64,000 nucleotides of DNA, taken from NCBI RefSeq assembly GCF_964355755.1, contig NC_092675.1:24090912-24154911 (forward strand). The letters run 5' to 3'. Shown here piece by piece: positions 49,901 through 62,900 of this stretch. The position numbers and the translations under genes were made by a program. The notes beneath the pieces were generated by a model that saw only the letters and a program-made list of their open reading frames with translations, ran no database searches and was not told where the DNA came from. The first letter of the stretch is position 1. Every line of letters starts with the position of its first letter. The DNA comes from Antedon mediterranea. Lineage: Eukaryota > Animalia > Echinodermata.

Positions 49901-52900
49901 GGATAATTAATTTGAAATTTGTAATAAGCATCCTTGATATAGCAAGCAGCAGTGCAGTAATCTCTCTATTATACCCTTGAATAAAAATTTTCCGACTGAA
50001 ATATGATTGTTATTATTAATTATTTATCTCAAACACCAGTAGCTTGAATATGCTATGTGTTGCAAACTGAACTAACCTTCGTTTTGTTTCCTTGGCCTCT
50101 TCCATTTGTTTCTCTAATTCTTTACGATATTCTTCTTTCTTTCGTTGAGATGCACTTTGACTTTGCCGATGACCTGAAACAATATGCAGCATGACACCAG
50201 TTACCCTTTTCAATTGTATTTAAAATTAATATACCTTTCTTTAATTGTAAGCTTGAACATACTAAAATAAGAGTGAACAAAAATTCAATGTTGACCACGC
50301 AAGCTTTCTGGGTAACAGATTGTGACGTACAGTATGCCAAATACCAATATACAATGGTGCTTCCTTTCTGGGAAGAAAACTGTGTAGAATGACTTACCAA
50401 TAAAAAAACCCTCATCTTCTGCGGATTTAGGCCGTGGTTTTCTGGTGTTAACTGGTTCTGGTTGATTATTCTGGACTGGCCTGTTGAGATATATATAATA
50501 ATAGAAACTAATTTATAATCTAATAATCGATATTGGTTTCTAATATCCCTGGCTAACAAAAATGTTATATACAATCTTGACCTTCAACATCATACTATAC
50601 ACGCAGACTTAAAGTTTTCAATAGGTTCTTTTCAGTAAAATCATTCAAAAAGTTGTTGAAACTATTGTAGTTCATCAGAAAGCAATCTATACTATAAGAG
50701 AGAATTTGTATATTTTTTCTATATCAAAATGACAGAAATTGTATCCTAGTGTAGCCTAGAATGTGCACTATTGCTATGCTTTATTGTTATGCTAAAGAGC
50801 ACAACATTAAGAATTTTCAACATAAAGGTGACAATATACCTGTCCATTTCTGGCATGGTTCTACTTCTTTCCTCTCTAAGATTTTTCTGTAAAAATAATA
50901 CTTATAACGTTAAGTTTATAAATTACAAAACAGAACTGTAAAATCGGCTTTATGGATAGTTCCAGCTGGAATTTAAAAGTGACTTTCAATTGTTTATCTT
51001 TACAATGATAATCTCAAACATTCTGGCAGTTATTAAACAACTCAATATTTATAGTGATCTGGACTTTGTGGATTTTGGGTCAACATTCAAATTCAAATGA
51101 AATGAATAAAACTTACATTGTCAATATCATCATATGGATCATCTCCTTTTGAATAACGCCCTCTACCACTATATTCTTCAAATCTAACTCTCCTGGAGTA
51201 ACAAGAAATTCAATTAAAAGACAAATGAATATTTTATTCAATTATTTTATAAAGAAAATTAATACGTAGGTTATACAGTGGTGAAGAAAAATAAGCACAT
51301 TTTTTTTTTATTGTTGAACAATTTATATAGGCATTTATAAATGATGGTTATTATGACAATACTAATTCTTTCCCACTATACCATATCTATCCAAAATCTG
51401 CAAAAAAATACTGAACACAAGATACTATTGAGTAAAAAATATATATAAAAACAATTTAATCAATTACCTATCATCATTATCCCTTTCATCTTCATATCGA
51501 TCATAATATCTCCGCCTCTGAAATGCAAATCATTATTAAACAAGGCCATATAGATGGCTGCAGTCGCGTGCTCATTAGTGTTTACCGACCGACCAACCTA
51601 CCAACTGACCGAAATTACTGAACATGTTTAAAAATGTTGGAATGTTTAAAAACATTTATATTTTTTTAATTTACACGTGCGTAGCCTGTCACTTTTGACG
51701 TGCTCGTATAACGTAATTTCGAGTTGAAAAGTAAGTCAAGAAAACAGAAATCGGGCAAATAGAGTGCGCATCGAAAATAAATTTTGAAAATTTTAAGCGC
51801 GCGTACGCATGCGTTACATGCGCTACGCATGTAATTGTATTGCCATATGATGATTTATGCCCTGAAATTTATGAGTACCAAATTTTATTTAATTGTGATT
51901 CATGGTTGTGAAGATATGATTACAAACGTGATTTCGTTAAATCGTGCGTAGACCGCGTAATTTTTTATTGCGCACCGTGAAAACATAACCACATCGATTC
52001 CTGGCCATAAGGAATATACTGTGAAAAATTGACTTAGCTAGATTAAACTGATATCAAGATAAGGTCAGAAAGCGATAAAACGCATAGTGATACCGGACCG
52101 ACAGACCGACCGACCGACATAGTGAACTATAGAGTCGCGTCCACGCGACTAATAAATGCAGGGTTGTGTAACAAATCAGGTTTGTAAATGGCCTAATGCA
52201 TTCAAATTATTGTAGTCAAAACCTTTCTAAAAGGTTAAGTCTAGAAAGCAGAAGAAAGGTCTAAGTACAGTAAAGAAAAAGAACCGAGTTCAAGCACTGG
52301 AAATATTAGAAAATGCACCAAACCAAAGGGATCCAAGGATAACCTATTAATGAATTTTGATTGGCATTGCACATTGTTTATTCAGAATAGGTTGTAGTTG
52401 ATGATACAGCAGTAGTTTTCTTTGAATTATCATGTAATTGCTATATCATAATATTCCTTAGATATATACTTACACTAGGTCCAGGTCGATTTAAGTAGGG
52501 GTCACTTATAGAAGGCTGAATACCCCTTTCTCTATAGTAATCCATATCATCATCGTATCGCCTAAATATAGAAGGAACAAAGGAATGATATTATTTACTA
52601 ACATGATATTAATACTAAACAAATATACGTGGTGTACCGGAAACTTTATATCAACATTTGATTTCGCCATGCAAACCTTCAAACAAGAGTAATTAGTGAA
52701 CAAATAATGTATGACAAACGATTACATCTATGCCAAAATAGAAACCATGAATGCCTTTTTTTGTATTGGAGGATGGAAATTTCATGTGCTTCTTCTGCAC
52801 ACTTTGTGCTTATGAGTTAACCTACAGGTTTTTATAAGGATCAGGATACACTGTAGCAAAACAGAGCAGATCGTTTGTTACTCAAAGATCTTACCTGTAT

Positions 52901-55900
52901 CGAGCCTCTTCTTGCCTTTTCCTTCTTAAGATATCATCATAATCTAAATGAACTGGTGTTCCCCATCCTCGTCGTGGTGGCGGTGGAACGTCATCGTAAT
53001 ACCTCCGTGGTGGTGAATGGTCATCATAACGAGGAAGAGGAGTTCTGGATTCTTTATTATCATAATGATGTGATCGTTTAGGACGGGAAGTATCGTAATA
53101 GTGCTCTGCATGCCTAGGCCGAGGAGATCCTGATGTATTTTCTGAATACCCATTAATATCTCTGGGACTGTGATCTTTCTGGACTTTTGGTGACTGTCTA
53201 TCAACGCCATTCATATTACGCTATTAAGCAGAAGAAAAAGGAATTATATTCATCGTGTCATGAAAGAATTTTATTTTTTAGTTTAAGATTGGACTTGGGT
53301 TGGGAAATTTATCAAAATTACAACTACTTACCTGATCTGATTCAGTAGTGCCTCATGATTTGGGGTGTAATTGATAAAATAAAATATTCAATCAAATAGA
53401 GGTTTTACCCCTGTTGGCATTGGCATTAGTTGTTACTGAAAATGATAATAATCTCCAGATTAGCAAATTAACCAGTGAGCACCATCTTACTTACAATTTT
53501 CTGTTCATCTGATACAGACTGTCCATTATTCTTTTGCCCTTTCTGTTTTAAATATTCATTGTACTCTTGATTGCGTTGACGTCTAGCATTCAATTTGGCC
53601 GAGTTCCTTTCACCAATACCCAAGCTGTTTGTAGCATTCTCATTTGGACTTTGCTTTTGATTTCTTCCATTTTCAGGACCAGAACGCATTTTTTTCTAAT
53701 TAAAATAAACGTGGTGAACATGCAGTTAAATTTCTTCTAATCAGTATACTGTAATAGAATCAGAACAGGCCGGTGCATAACGATGTTTATTTTAAAAAAC
53801 ACACCAAGGAAATTCTTGCCATAAAATAAGTCTCTGAAATTGGAACAGTTGCTGTGAGATACAACTTTGGCACAATGATGCTAGTAAATTTAGTAGATTA
53901 TGAAACAAATTTCACCAAACATTTCTGACTGGACCTGGATTTAATTGTATATCACCTGACATTAGTAGAAGTGTATTAAGAGACATACAAGTGTATTAAT
54001 ATACATATCATGTGTATTAATATTAATATATTATGTGCTATCTGCAATTATCCTTACCTCCTCCAAGAACCTCTTATATTCTTCACGGCGTTCAGCGTTT
54101 AACTTTTCTCTAAGGTTTGTATAACTTCCTCTGGGTAAAGCTCTTCCATCATCTAATAATAATAATTGTCTATTTTTGTTTTCTTCAATAAAGTTTAGAA
54201 TTGGTGATACTACACACTGTAGGACTTGTCTTTTTAAAATTGTAGGTGTGCTACAAATTGCACTCCTCAATACATCCAGGAGTGCTGTAGGTGTGCTGTT
54301 TGTATTTTAGTGTCTAGAGTTTACCAAATTTAAGTGTGTTGTAAATCATACTCCTCAAGGGCTCACCTCAAACAAAAAGGCCTGTGTCACAGTAATAACT
54401 GAGGATGTGGAAGGTTGTGAATACAGGCTGCTAGTTAAAGAGAGAAGAATGGAAGTTTGAGATCTACTAGTTACCTTGCTTATTTGATTGAGCTGCATCT
54501 TTGTTTGACCGAGCAGTTTGAATGATTTCATTTGATCCAGATACACCCAATATATCTCTTCTCATGTCATGTGACTACAAATAAAAAACAACAAACCATC
54601 CCAAAAGTTGTTACGTCTGATCTAAATTAAAATTTATTTTTCAGACTACACCAGAGGTCACAACAAAAATTAAATGTCGCGAGACTTTTCAAAGCATAGT
54701 TGAACAACCAAATTATAAACAATGGGTACTACTGTATACGCCATGCAATGCTGATGTGCATAGAGTAGGTCTCACTTTTTAGTTAAAACATAAGGCGCCA
54801 TAGGAGAATAAATGGTAAATGATGATCTAGGCTTTATCATTTAGTAAAACAATCGGGAGAATTTGCATATTAGCAAAAGAAGGGAGATCACTTGAAATAG
54901 GAAACGATTATTATAGAAAGTCTGAACTAAAATGTTACTGAACTGGTCAATTAACTTTCAAGGAGAAAGTGTTATAGTAATGTAAATACACTTTTATTTA
55001 AATTTGTTTTATTTACAAGAAGCCGACTCCATTTTCATTTAACACATCAATATATACTATAATTTACCTTCGCCAAGGAGGTACAGTATATGTAATCGGT
55101 AGCGTGTGTTTGTTTGTTAGCAGGATTACTCAAAAAGTAATTACAAGATCTTTACCAAAATGAATATACAGATAGTCAAGGACCATTCCATTAAATTTTG
55201 GGATCACTTGGGACCATGGTCCCAATTCTGGACCACTTTTTAGTATACTTTTCAAACCTGCTAGTGTTAAAAGATAGGACAGAATTTTTCAAAAGCCGGC
55301 GAGCAGTCTTAAAGTAACAAGTAAACTGAAATTGAATGTTCTCAAGAACTACTTGTCCAAAAAACTTCATTTTTGTACAAGAGGCAAGAGTTATAATTTG
55401 TGATTTGTAATTTTAAAACATAATTTGATTTAATGTGCACGTTTGTTGATGCGAGTAGTTTAAAAAACGTATTTCTTTTCAAATTCACTCGTTTGATTTT
55501 CGCGTTGCTGTAAGTTGTTATTCAACTGAAGCTATTGTTAATTGAACGGCTTGTTACATAACCATTACACCAAACTCGCATACACATGCTTGTAGTGAAA
55601 TTAGCCTAAATCACAAACAGCATTAAGAGACACACAAATATATAATTACCTCCGCCAAGGAGGTTATGTTTTCACCCCTGTATGTTTGTGTGTGTGTTTG
55701 TGTGTGTGTTTGTGTGTTTGTGTGTGTGTTTGTGTGTGTGTCTGTGAACAGCCTGGAGGCCACAGTTTTTATCCGATTCTAACCAAATTTGGACACAATG
55801 ATCTATGCCCAAAAAGCTCGGACGAGTTCGAATTTGAGGGGGAAAGGTCATAGGTCAAGGTCACAACTAACAAAAAACTATTTTACTGCCTAGAGACCAC

Positions 55901-56441
55901 AGTTTTGATCCGATTCTCACCAAACTTAGCCACAATGATCAATGGTGGTTACATTTTGAAGGGTCAGGGTCAAAGATCAAGGTCCACCAAAAAAAAAAAA
56001 AAATTAAAAAAAAAAAAAAAAAAACCCTCAGTGGGACTTGAACCTGCGATCTCAACTGTAAGAGGCTGGATACATAACCATTACACCACACTGTCATCCA
56101 CAACTTTGTAGTGTGCAGTTAACATATTTACACTTAGAACTAATAAAAAAAAATGTAAAAAAAAAAATATTCAGGTGGCATTTTATGTAGGGGAATTTTA
56201 CATTAGGCGGAGGTTTGTACTCTCGGAGTACCCTCTAGTTATATATATTTTTGTTTTATCGGAGAAATCTTATGTAGGAGAATTTTACAGTAGGCGGAGG
56301 TATGCACTCTCGGAGTGGCTTTCTAGTTAGTATTGTTGTGTATACCTTATCAAGACTCTTATTAAGTTCTAGTTGCTGTCGTTCCTTTGCAATCCTTGCC
56401 TTCTGCTCAGCAATGAATAGCTCTAGCTCATCCTCTGTCAT
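28980..56441 (-). CDS. CSPP1: Centrosome and spindle pole-associated protein 1 orthologue (many small exons)
   Basis: Start exon 56346-56441 ([21 protein letters not shown]); 54475-54574; 54058-54152 ([17 protein letters not shown]); 43094-43241 ([21 protein letters not shown], the CSPP1/CCDC66-type GGGGAP motif); 32668-32793 ([16 protein letters not shown]); 29661-29727 (DVLQKFM); last exon 28980-29037 (LWLQPSGY*). Motifs match my recollection of vertebrate CSPP1; not every internal exon was resolved. Confidence 0.85.
29954..30262 (+). mobile_element. tRNA-derived SINE with Deu-type central domain
   Basis: A box GTGGCGCAGTG, B box GGTTCAAATCC, core TCCTTAGGCAAAGATACTTTA...CCATCCAGGTGTATAAATGGG, LINE-like tail AGCGCTTAGAG...GCTATAT...(TAT)n. 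Confidence 0.8.
34605..34942. mobile_element. PIF/Harbinger-type MITE
   Basis: ~58-bp TIRs (GCACACTAGAG...GGCTGAGCCAACTGGCACGAGTAACAC) flanked by TTA on both sides. Confidence 0.8.
35318..35650 (+). mobile_element. tRNA-derived SINE with V/Meta-type central domain
   Basis: A box TGGTGTAATGG, B box GGTTCGAG, core GATGGGATGTAAAGCCGTAGGTCC...GCACGTTAAAGAAC...AAAGAGTAGGGG, (ACCTTT)n tail. Confidence 0.7.
37539..38915 (-). repeat. Tandem duplication (~720-750 bp unit) inside CSPP1 carrying two 42-nt exon-like segments per copy
   Basis: 37539-38255 aligns with 38287-38915. AG/GTAAGT-bounded 42-nt segments at 37551-37592, 37883-37924, 38299-38340 and 38601-38642. Confidence 0.9.
47491..47995. mobile_element. 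MITE with ~35-bp TIRs (Harbinger/ISL2EU-like termini)
   Basis: AATAGGGAGGTTTCGCAATCTTACGAATAC ... GATTCGTAAGGTTGCAAAACCTCCCTATT. Confidence 0.75.
51539..52152 (+). mobile_element. Full-length non-autonomous Helentron/DINE-1-like element (family A)
   Basis: 5' AACAAGG, subterminal AGTCGCGTG inverted against CACGCGACT in the 3' hairpin AGTCGCGTCCACGCGACT, GACC microsatellite, A/T-rich flanks, no TSD seen. Confidence 0.75.
55064..56328 (+). mobile_element. Helentron-like element (family B), outer copy
   Basis: 5' TTACCTTCGCCAAGGAGGT; 3' GGCGGAGGT + hairpin ACTCTCGGAGT + CTAGTT at 56323-56328. Confidence 0.7.
55646..56240 (+). mobile_element. Helentron-like element (family B), inner nested copy containing a minus-strand tRNA-like unit (56025-56092)
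   Basis: 5' TTACCTCCGCCAAGGAGGTTATG, (GT/GTTT)n microsatellite, GGTCAAAGGTCA-type repeats, 3' GGCGGAGGT-ACTCTCGGAGT-CTAGTT. Confidence 0.8.
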
Positions 56442-57147
56442 CTTTCTTTATTTAGTCTATTAAATACAAAACCAATGTGAATTATACAGATTAAAGGTAT
56501 GGACAGATGAAATATAAATGACAATACATACATCGCAACATGGTTGAAAATATATCATTGGGTTTGGGATTCAAATGTACACTTTTTACAATACGTGTAG
56601 TTAAAAATATATGCTGTGGTTAGGGTTCAATTGTCCATCGTTACAGAATCCGACATACATAGGCTAGGCCCACAATTGGTGATGATGGTGAGTAAAAAAA
56701 CAATGAAAAATTGGCTCTAAAGAATCTTAGATCCTTATTCATCCTAGCTAATCTAGGCCTATCTTAGCAGGCCTTCTAATCTAGCCTAGTAGGCCTAGCT
56801 AGAGTAGGCTAAAGAAAGAAGGTAACACTTTTACTTTTACAATAGGCCTAGGCCTAGTCTTTTTAATGCAAAAAAATAGTAATTGTTTTTAATTCATAAA
56901 TTACTAGCCTAGAATTATTGATCACAATGCGATAAATTATATAATAAGAGTACAAATCTATAATAAAACAAGTATACGCATATGCCTAGCCTACTAGGCC
57001 CAAGTAAAATAAAACGACGGTCAGGCTTTCATTCAGGGAGACCGCCTAGCAACACGGTAAACAGCAGGAGTGTGTGTAGGCTAGCTGGGCCTAGCTCCCG
57101 CCTAGGCCTAGCTTTACTACTGAGCAGATGAAATAATCGTATGAGCC

Positions 57148-57811
57148 CAGCCCACGAAATTCAGAAAAAAGAAGGTCGGCAAAAAATTGCCGACCTTAAA
57201 TTCGGCAAGGTCGGCAGTCTCGGCAGTTCTAAAAATAGAAAATTCACCAAGGCCTAACCTCTTGCTAACTAAAGGCCTAGCTAGGCCTAGCCTCCTTAAT
57301 TAGCTAGCTATATGTTATGCAAAAGGAACTAGCAAAATTAACTAAAATATAAAAACCTAACACTAAAATCTACAAGATAAATTCTATTTGATAATTAATT
57401 GCTGAACATCATGGTTCTGGAGCTAGCCCTACACATAGCATAGTTGCTTGCTTGGCATAACAGGGTATTCCCCTACACACAGGTCTGTCGCGCACAGCGC
57501 TGTGCCCAGCCAGCTTGGTTGATAGGATCAGATCGAAAGCATGCAGCTCACACACAAAATGATGTAATGGTTGAGTGAATTCAGGGATCATCTTAATTCC
57601 ATGGTTTGTTAACTAAACACAACATGGTGGTGAATATGCCTGTTAAAATTTCAATGATACGATCCCTTAAAGTACCATGTTGTTGCTAGGAGGCTTGAAA
57701 GGAGGGATCTAGCCTAGTTTCTAGGTCGGCAATCTCTTGCCGTCCTCTGACAATTTAAGGTCGGCAATAAGGTCGGCAATTGCCGATTGCCGACGTGAAA
57801 TTCGTGGGCTG
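57148..57811. mobile_element. Non-autonomous TIR element with 6-bp target duplication
   Basis: TGAGCC|CAGCCCACGAAATTC ... GAAATTCGTGGGCTG|TGAGCC; subterminal AGGTCGGCAA/TTGCCGACCT repeats at both ends. Confidence 0.8.
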
Positions 57812-58049
57812 TGAGCCTATACTAGCCTAAACTAATCTCATTCATTTTCCCTAATGAATATATAGTCAATTACTTTAACTTACACACTATTCATTTGCCA
57901 TTACGTAACTATACCAACGACAGAAACTCCTTTAAATTAGCTGCAGTTTATTAAAATTGTACTGTAAATCGATCGTGCATTTTAAAAATAATAATAAACA
58001 GGGAGGAATGTTATAGCGCCACCAACCATCGGGTAAGCTTGATTATCAT

Positions 58050-58820
58050 TGTTATGCGCGATTTGAACGATTTGCGCAATTTGAAATTGCGCAAAAAAAA
58101 TCCTTGCGCAATTTGAATTGAAACATGTGTTTCAAATTGCGCAAGCAACGTATTAAATTGCGCAAGTAATCTGCAAATTGCGCAAGGTTTTTCGACAGAT
58201 TGTGAAATCATGTACACCCATATTTTTATAGTAATTTCTAAGAATGATTCAAATTTAAAGATAAATATCGCATTTCCTTATTTTAGTAGTGCAAATATTG
58301 TTATAAGTTAGCATACCGTCGAAGAACAGACGAAGGAAAACGAAGCGGTGGTGTTCCACCAGGCGGGCGCGGGGCGGGCGGCCGGCTATACTACTCTAGC
58401 CTAGCTAGAGGTCTGGACTACTGATACTGACTAGGTTACATGGCCTAGCTTAAACTAATATTAAAAACTTAAAAAGTGAGTATTAAACATTATCTTCATT
58501 GAAATGGTCTTATTTATATAATAAAATACTAAATTTTAAACTCCTCTGCCTAGGCCTAGCCTATAGCCATGTATGGGAAAATTTACAGTTCGTTTTCAAA
58601 TTGCGCAAAGGTGTCATATTGCGCAAGAACTATCTTGCGCAATTTACAAATTGTGCAGCGCAATTTAAAATTGCGCAAAGATTTTCTTGCGCAATTTGAA
58701 ATTGCGCAAGTTGATTGCGCAATTTTAAATTGCGCAAGAATTATTTGCGCAATTTCAAATTGCGCAAGGATTTTTTTGCGCAATTTTAAATTGCGCAAAT
58801 CGTTCAAATCGCGCATAACA
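58050..58820. mobile_element. Ginger-type non-autonomous DNA transposon with TTGCGCAA arrays
   Basis: TCAT|TGTTATGCGCGATTTGAACGATTTGCGCAA ... TTGCGCAAATCGTTCAAATCGCGCATAACA|TCAT: TGT...ACA termini, 4-bp TSD, ~70-bp TIRs. Confidence 0.8.
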
Positions 58821-59651
58821 TCATCAAAGAAAAATCCATCTATTACGGATGTATTTCCAAAAAAAGACGGCTTGTTTAAGATTTTAACAATGGAGATATA
58901 ATTATAGCTCCATAATTTAACTTTTCGGATGCTTATTATTAAATATAATTCCATTTCATCGAATGAAATTATTTGCACCATTAGGCCTACACGGATAATT
59001 ATAAAACATTATTCCTATCATATTTGTTTTATAACACACCCTAACTATTATTTAAACACATATACCTAGACCTCTGGCTAGGCTAGGCTGTTTTTTACTC
59101 CGAAAATAGTGTTTTGATGTATGATTCGAGACTCAGGGTTGTTTTTGGAGAAATATAAATCATACTGAACTAAAGTTAACATATAGTAAAATTGACAAAT
59201 ATAACTGAAACTAAGTATTTCCCATTTATTATAAATATATACGGTATGCATACACATTTTTTATCAAACTAATACAAAAATAGTAAATCTAAATTATAAA
59301 AGTTTTTTAAAGATATTAAAATATATTTTTTTAACATAGGTCTACTGGTTTCAGTTTAATTAATTGCGATTAGGCCTAACTAACAGTAAACATTATCGAT
59401 TTTGACTTTGAATGTATTGGGCAGTAATTATAATGTATGATTTGATTTGAATTTATTAGGAAAATCATCATACAAATAGGCCTACATACAAAGTGATAGC
59501 ATACATTACTGACACTATAAAAAAAATACATTTATAAAAGATTTTCTATGATAGCCCCAAAAGCTTATTAACTTATTTCCATTGGGATCTTTTTATAATC
59601 TAAAATAAAAAATATAACAAAATATTGCATTACACACGTAAATATAACAAA

Positions 59652-59690
<39 letters not shown>

Positions 59691-59939
59691 ACAAGAGGCA
59701 AAAAACATTAATTCTAAACCGCCCGGTGATATACTGAAATTTAATTAATTAATTTGAAACGATAAAGATACATATATATATATATATATAATATAGGCCT
59801 CATAACTAAATCACTTCAAGATAATATAATATTTATGATTTCTAAAACAAAGCTATATTGAATGAAAGGTTTCGATATTCTAATCAGTTTTATAGTATAC
59901 TAATTTAATCCAATTTGGGGAGTAGGCGTTGTCCACATT

Positions 59940-62900
59940 CTATTTGTAGTAATTCCTATGGCGGCGATCAACCCATCTTTCTTCATCTATATCACCTCTA
60001 TTGTCGTACACATGCTGTTGGAAAGAAAGAAACACATCAAATTATCAAACAGTGAATTAATAAGGCATTGTGACTAATTCTTTTAATATTATTATTGCAT
60101 TATTTTTGCTAACATTCATTGTGTTATTAGTCACAGCCAATTACATTCACACAAATGTATTGAATTCCAAAAAAGCAAATTATAATAAACTCACCATGCG
60201 TTCCTCCTGTCCAGTGGCAACGTATGGCCGACGGAATTCAGTATGAGGTAGAGGTCGGTTATATCCAATGACCTATAGTTAAAGACAATGGATAAAAAAC
60301 TATGATGCTATGCCTACTCTTTTCTTTTTGGTGCAACGTTTACATAAAATGATATGCTCTTACTAAAAGTATAATTATATTAATTTCATAGAAAAACATA
60401 ACTTACATCGGCTGGCGAGTTTAACATATGATGACGTATATTTCGGGGGACGTCTGAGTTAGATGAAGTAGTAAGACTGTCACTATCCAGGTGTCCAAAA
60501 TGATAAGGCATTGCATTACCATAAATCATTGATTTCTTCAGACGTTGCATTCTTCTGTTGTACATGAACAATAGACCGCCGACAATGCAGCAAATCAATG
60601 TAAAAACAAGGATTCCAACACCCAAACCAATCGCAAATATAGTTATGTAATCTGTAATGAATTATTATTATTATTTGCATTCATCTTAACAAAGAGGATG
60701 TAATAATTTAGGCCTACATGTACTCTCGAAATATTATTTAACTGAAAACATATTGTGCAATCACATTTTAATCTAATGTGGGGGTCCCGGTTTATGGATG
60801 CTTATACTCATTACTTTAGGGCCTTCAGTACAGCATAGTACAATGTTATAAAACGACAACATAACCTTAACCCCTAACCCCTAACCCTAACCCTAATGTT
60901 ATAAAACGACAACATAATGTCTTACATGTTGAAAATCGCATACTACATAAAACATTTATATTATTCTTGTTTTGGGAATATGATGATATTCAATTATATT
61001 ATTCTGACAGAATTACTTGATATGCCTAAAAACAAAGAAACAATTAAGCCTGAAATAGTTATTACATACCACTTTCATTTTGACATTTATCACCTTCGTA
61101 ACCAGATGAACATTTGCAAATAGGAGGTTGTACACTGTCAGAACATGTCCCTCCATTAGAACAGTAATCAGAGGTACATAGCAACACTAAAGAAATATAT
61201 GTTAATTGATTTATTTAGCAATTACATCTATGGGTCAATAATGTAAATACGGTGTTTTTTTATGTTTGACAACATTTTAAAAGTAAATGTTCTTTTGTTT
61301 AAATAAAACTCATCTTAAAGATAACTTCTTAGTATGGTTTGATTGACCCCAACTTCATTATCGACTGACATAAAAATTCATTAGTAAACAACATGATTCT
61401 ACATTATAAATAAAAAAATAGGAACCCATTTTAAAAAGGAATTTATCTTATCTTAACTTACTTTCTGTTACTGTTATGGCTGCAGCATCAATAACAAACT
61501 CGGTATCCGGCAACTGATCATTGTCGATTCCTTCTGAAAGAACTGTTTGAATTTCTTCAGAAGATGTGGTGTCTTCTTGGTATACTAGGTCAACGTTGGC
61601 AATAATGCTACCAGACTCGAAGCTTGAAACCGAGCATGTGCGACTGTTACGGGATATTGTACTCTGATCAACTATATTTGTTACCTATGAATAAGAAAAT
61701 AATTATTAGAATACTGGTCAAGCATGGATGAAATGTTACTTCTTCCGTGAATCAAAAGTACAATTTGACAAGAACTTGAACAACACATTAAAACGACACA
61801 CAACTAACGAAAAGAACTGAACGAGAAACTGTTTCGGTTTATGAAATATCTAAAATAAATTGATTACTACAAAAACAAAATGTATACTAACAATAACAGT
61901 TAATGTTGAAATCTCTCATAATTTGTGATATAAATTTATTTTATTTAAGAATTTTTGTTTCAATAATATTCTTAAAACAAATTTTTATAAAGTAAATAGA
62001 ATTTCAATTCAATTCAATTCACATTTATTTACTCATCGTTTATAAATACAGTTTCATAGCATAAATGATGGCAAGGATCCTGCATAGAGAAGTTTACACT
62101 TCTGTTTTCGCAGGACCCTTTTACATAAAAGACATAAAACAATAAACACAACATAATAGATACAAAATAAAAAAAAAACATTCCTATATACATTTTAGAG
62201 TTGTTCATCATCAAAAAGCGATACTGTTTTTTTAACATGATTATTTGTACTATGTGTGTATACTCGCACACACCAACACAAATGCATAATATATGCATCT
62301 ATATTTTATGAGTAAAGCATTTTAAGTTCTGTAATTCGATAAAATGTCTCTTTTTACATATTTTTTTAGTATTTTATAATTTTTGTTAACAATATCTAAG
62401 TGATTTCTACAGAGCTCGTTCCATAGTTTCGGTCCGTGAATACTGATAAAATGTTGACCAGACGTTAACCTAGAGTATGGTTGTTTTACGCTACAAATAT
62501 TTCGAAGATTATGGGTAGTATTTTCGTTTCTTTTGAATATCATTTGGATTCGTCTGGGTAAAACATTGCTTTTAATCTGGGCCATGAAACCTAGGACGGT
62601 AACTCTGTTGATATCTTGTATGTTAAGAATATTTAATTGCTTAAACAGTGGCTCAGAATGTTGCCATGGCTTTTTAAATAAAATTATTCTAGCAGCCTTT
62701 TTCTGGAGTTTAAGAAGGGATTCTAGTGTACTATCATATGTACTGCCCCAAATAATGTTTCCATACTGAAGGTGCGGTAGAATTAATGTATTATACAAAT
62801 TTGTTAAAATATAATTAGGAAAAAAATGTCTAGTTTTTATCAATATTCCAATAGACCTAGCGGTTTTTTTGCTAATAAGCCTTATATGATTTTTCCAGCA

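Noticed and set aside
58499-58981. ORFs with LAQFEIAQ / CARI repeats
   Set aside because: By-products of TTGCGCAA repeats in the Ginger-type element; no transposase motifs.
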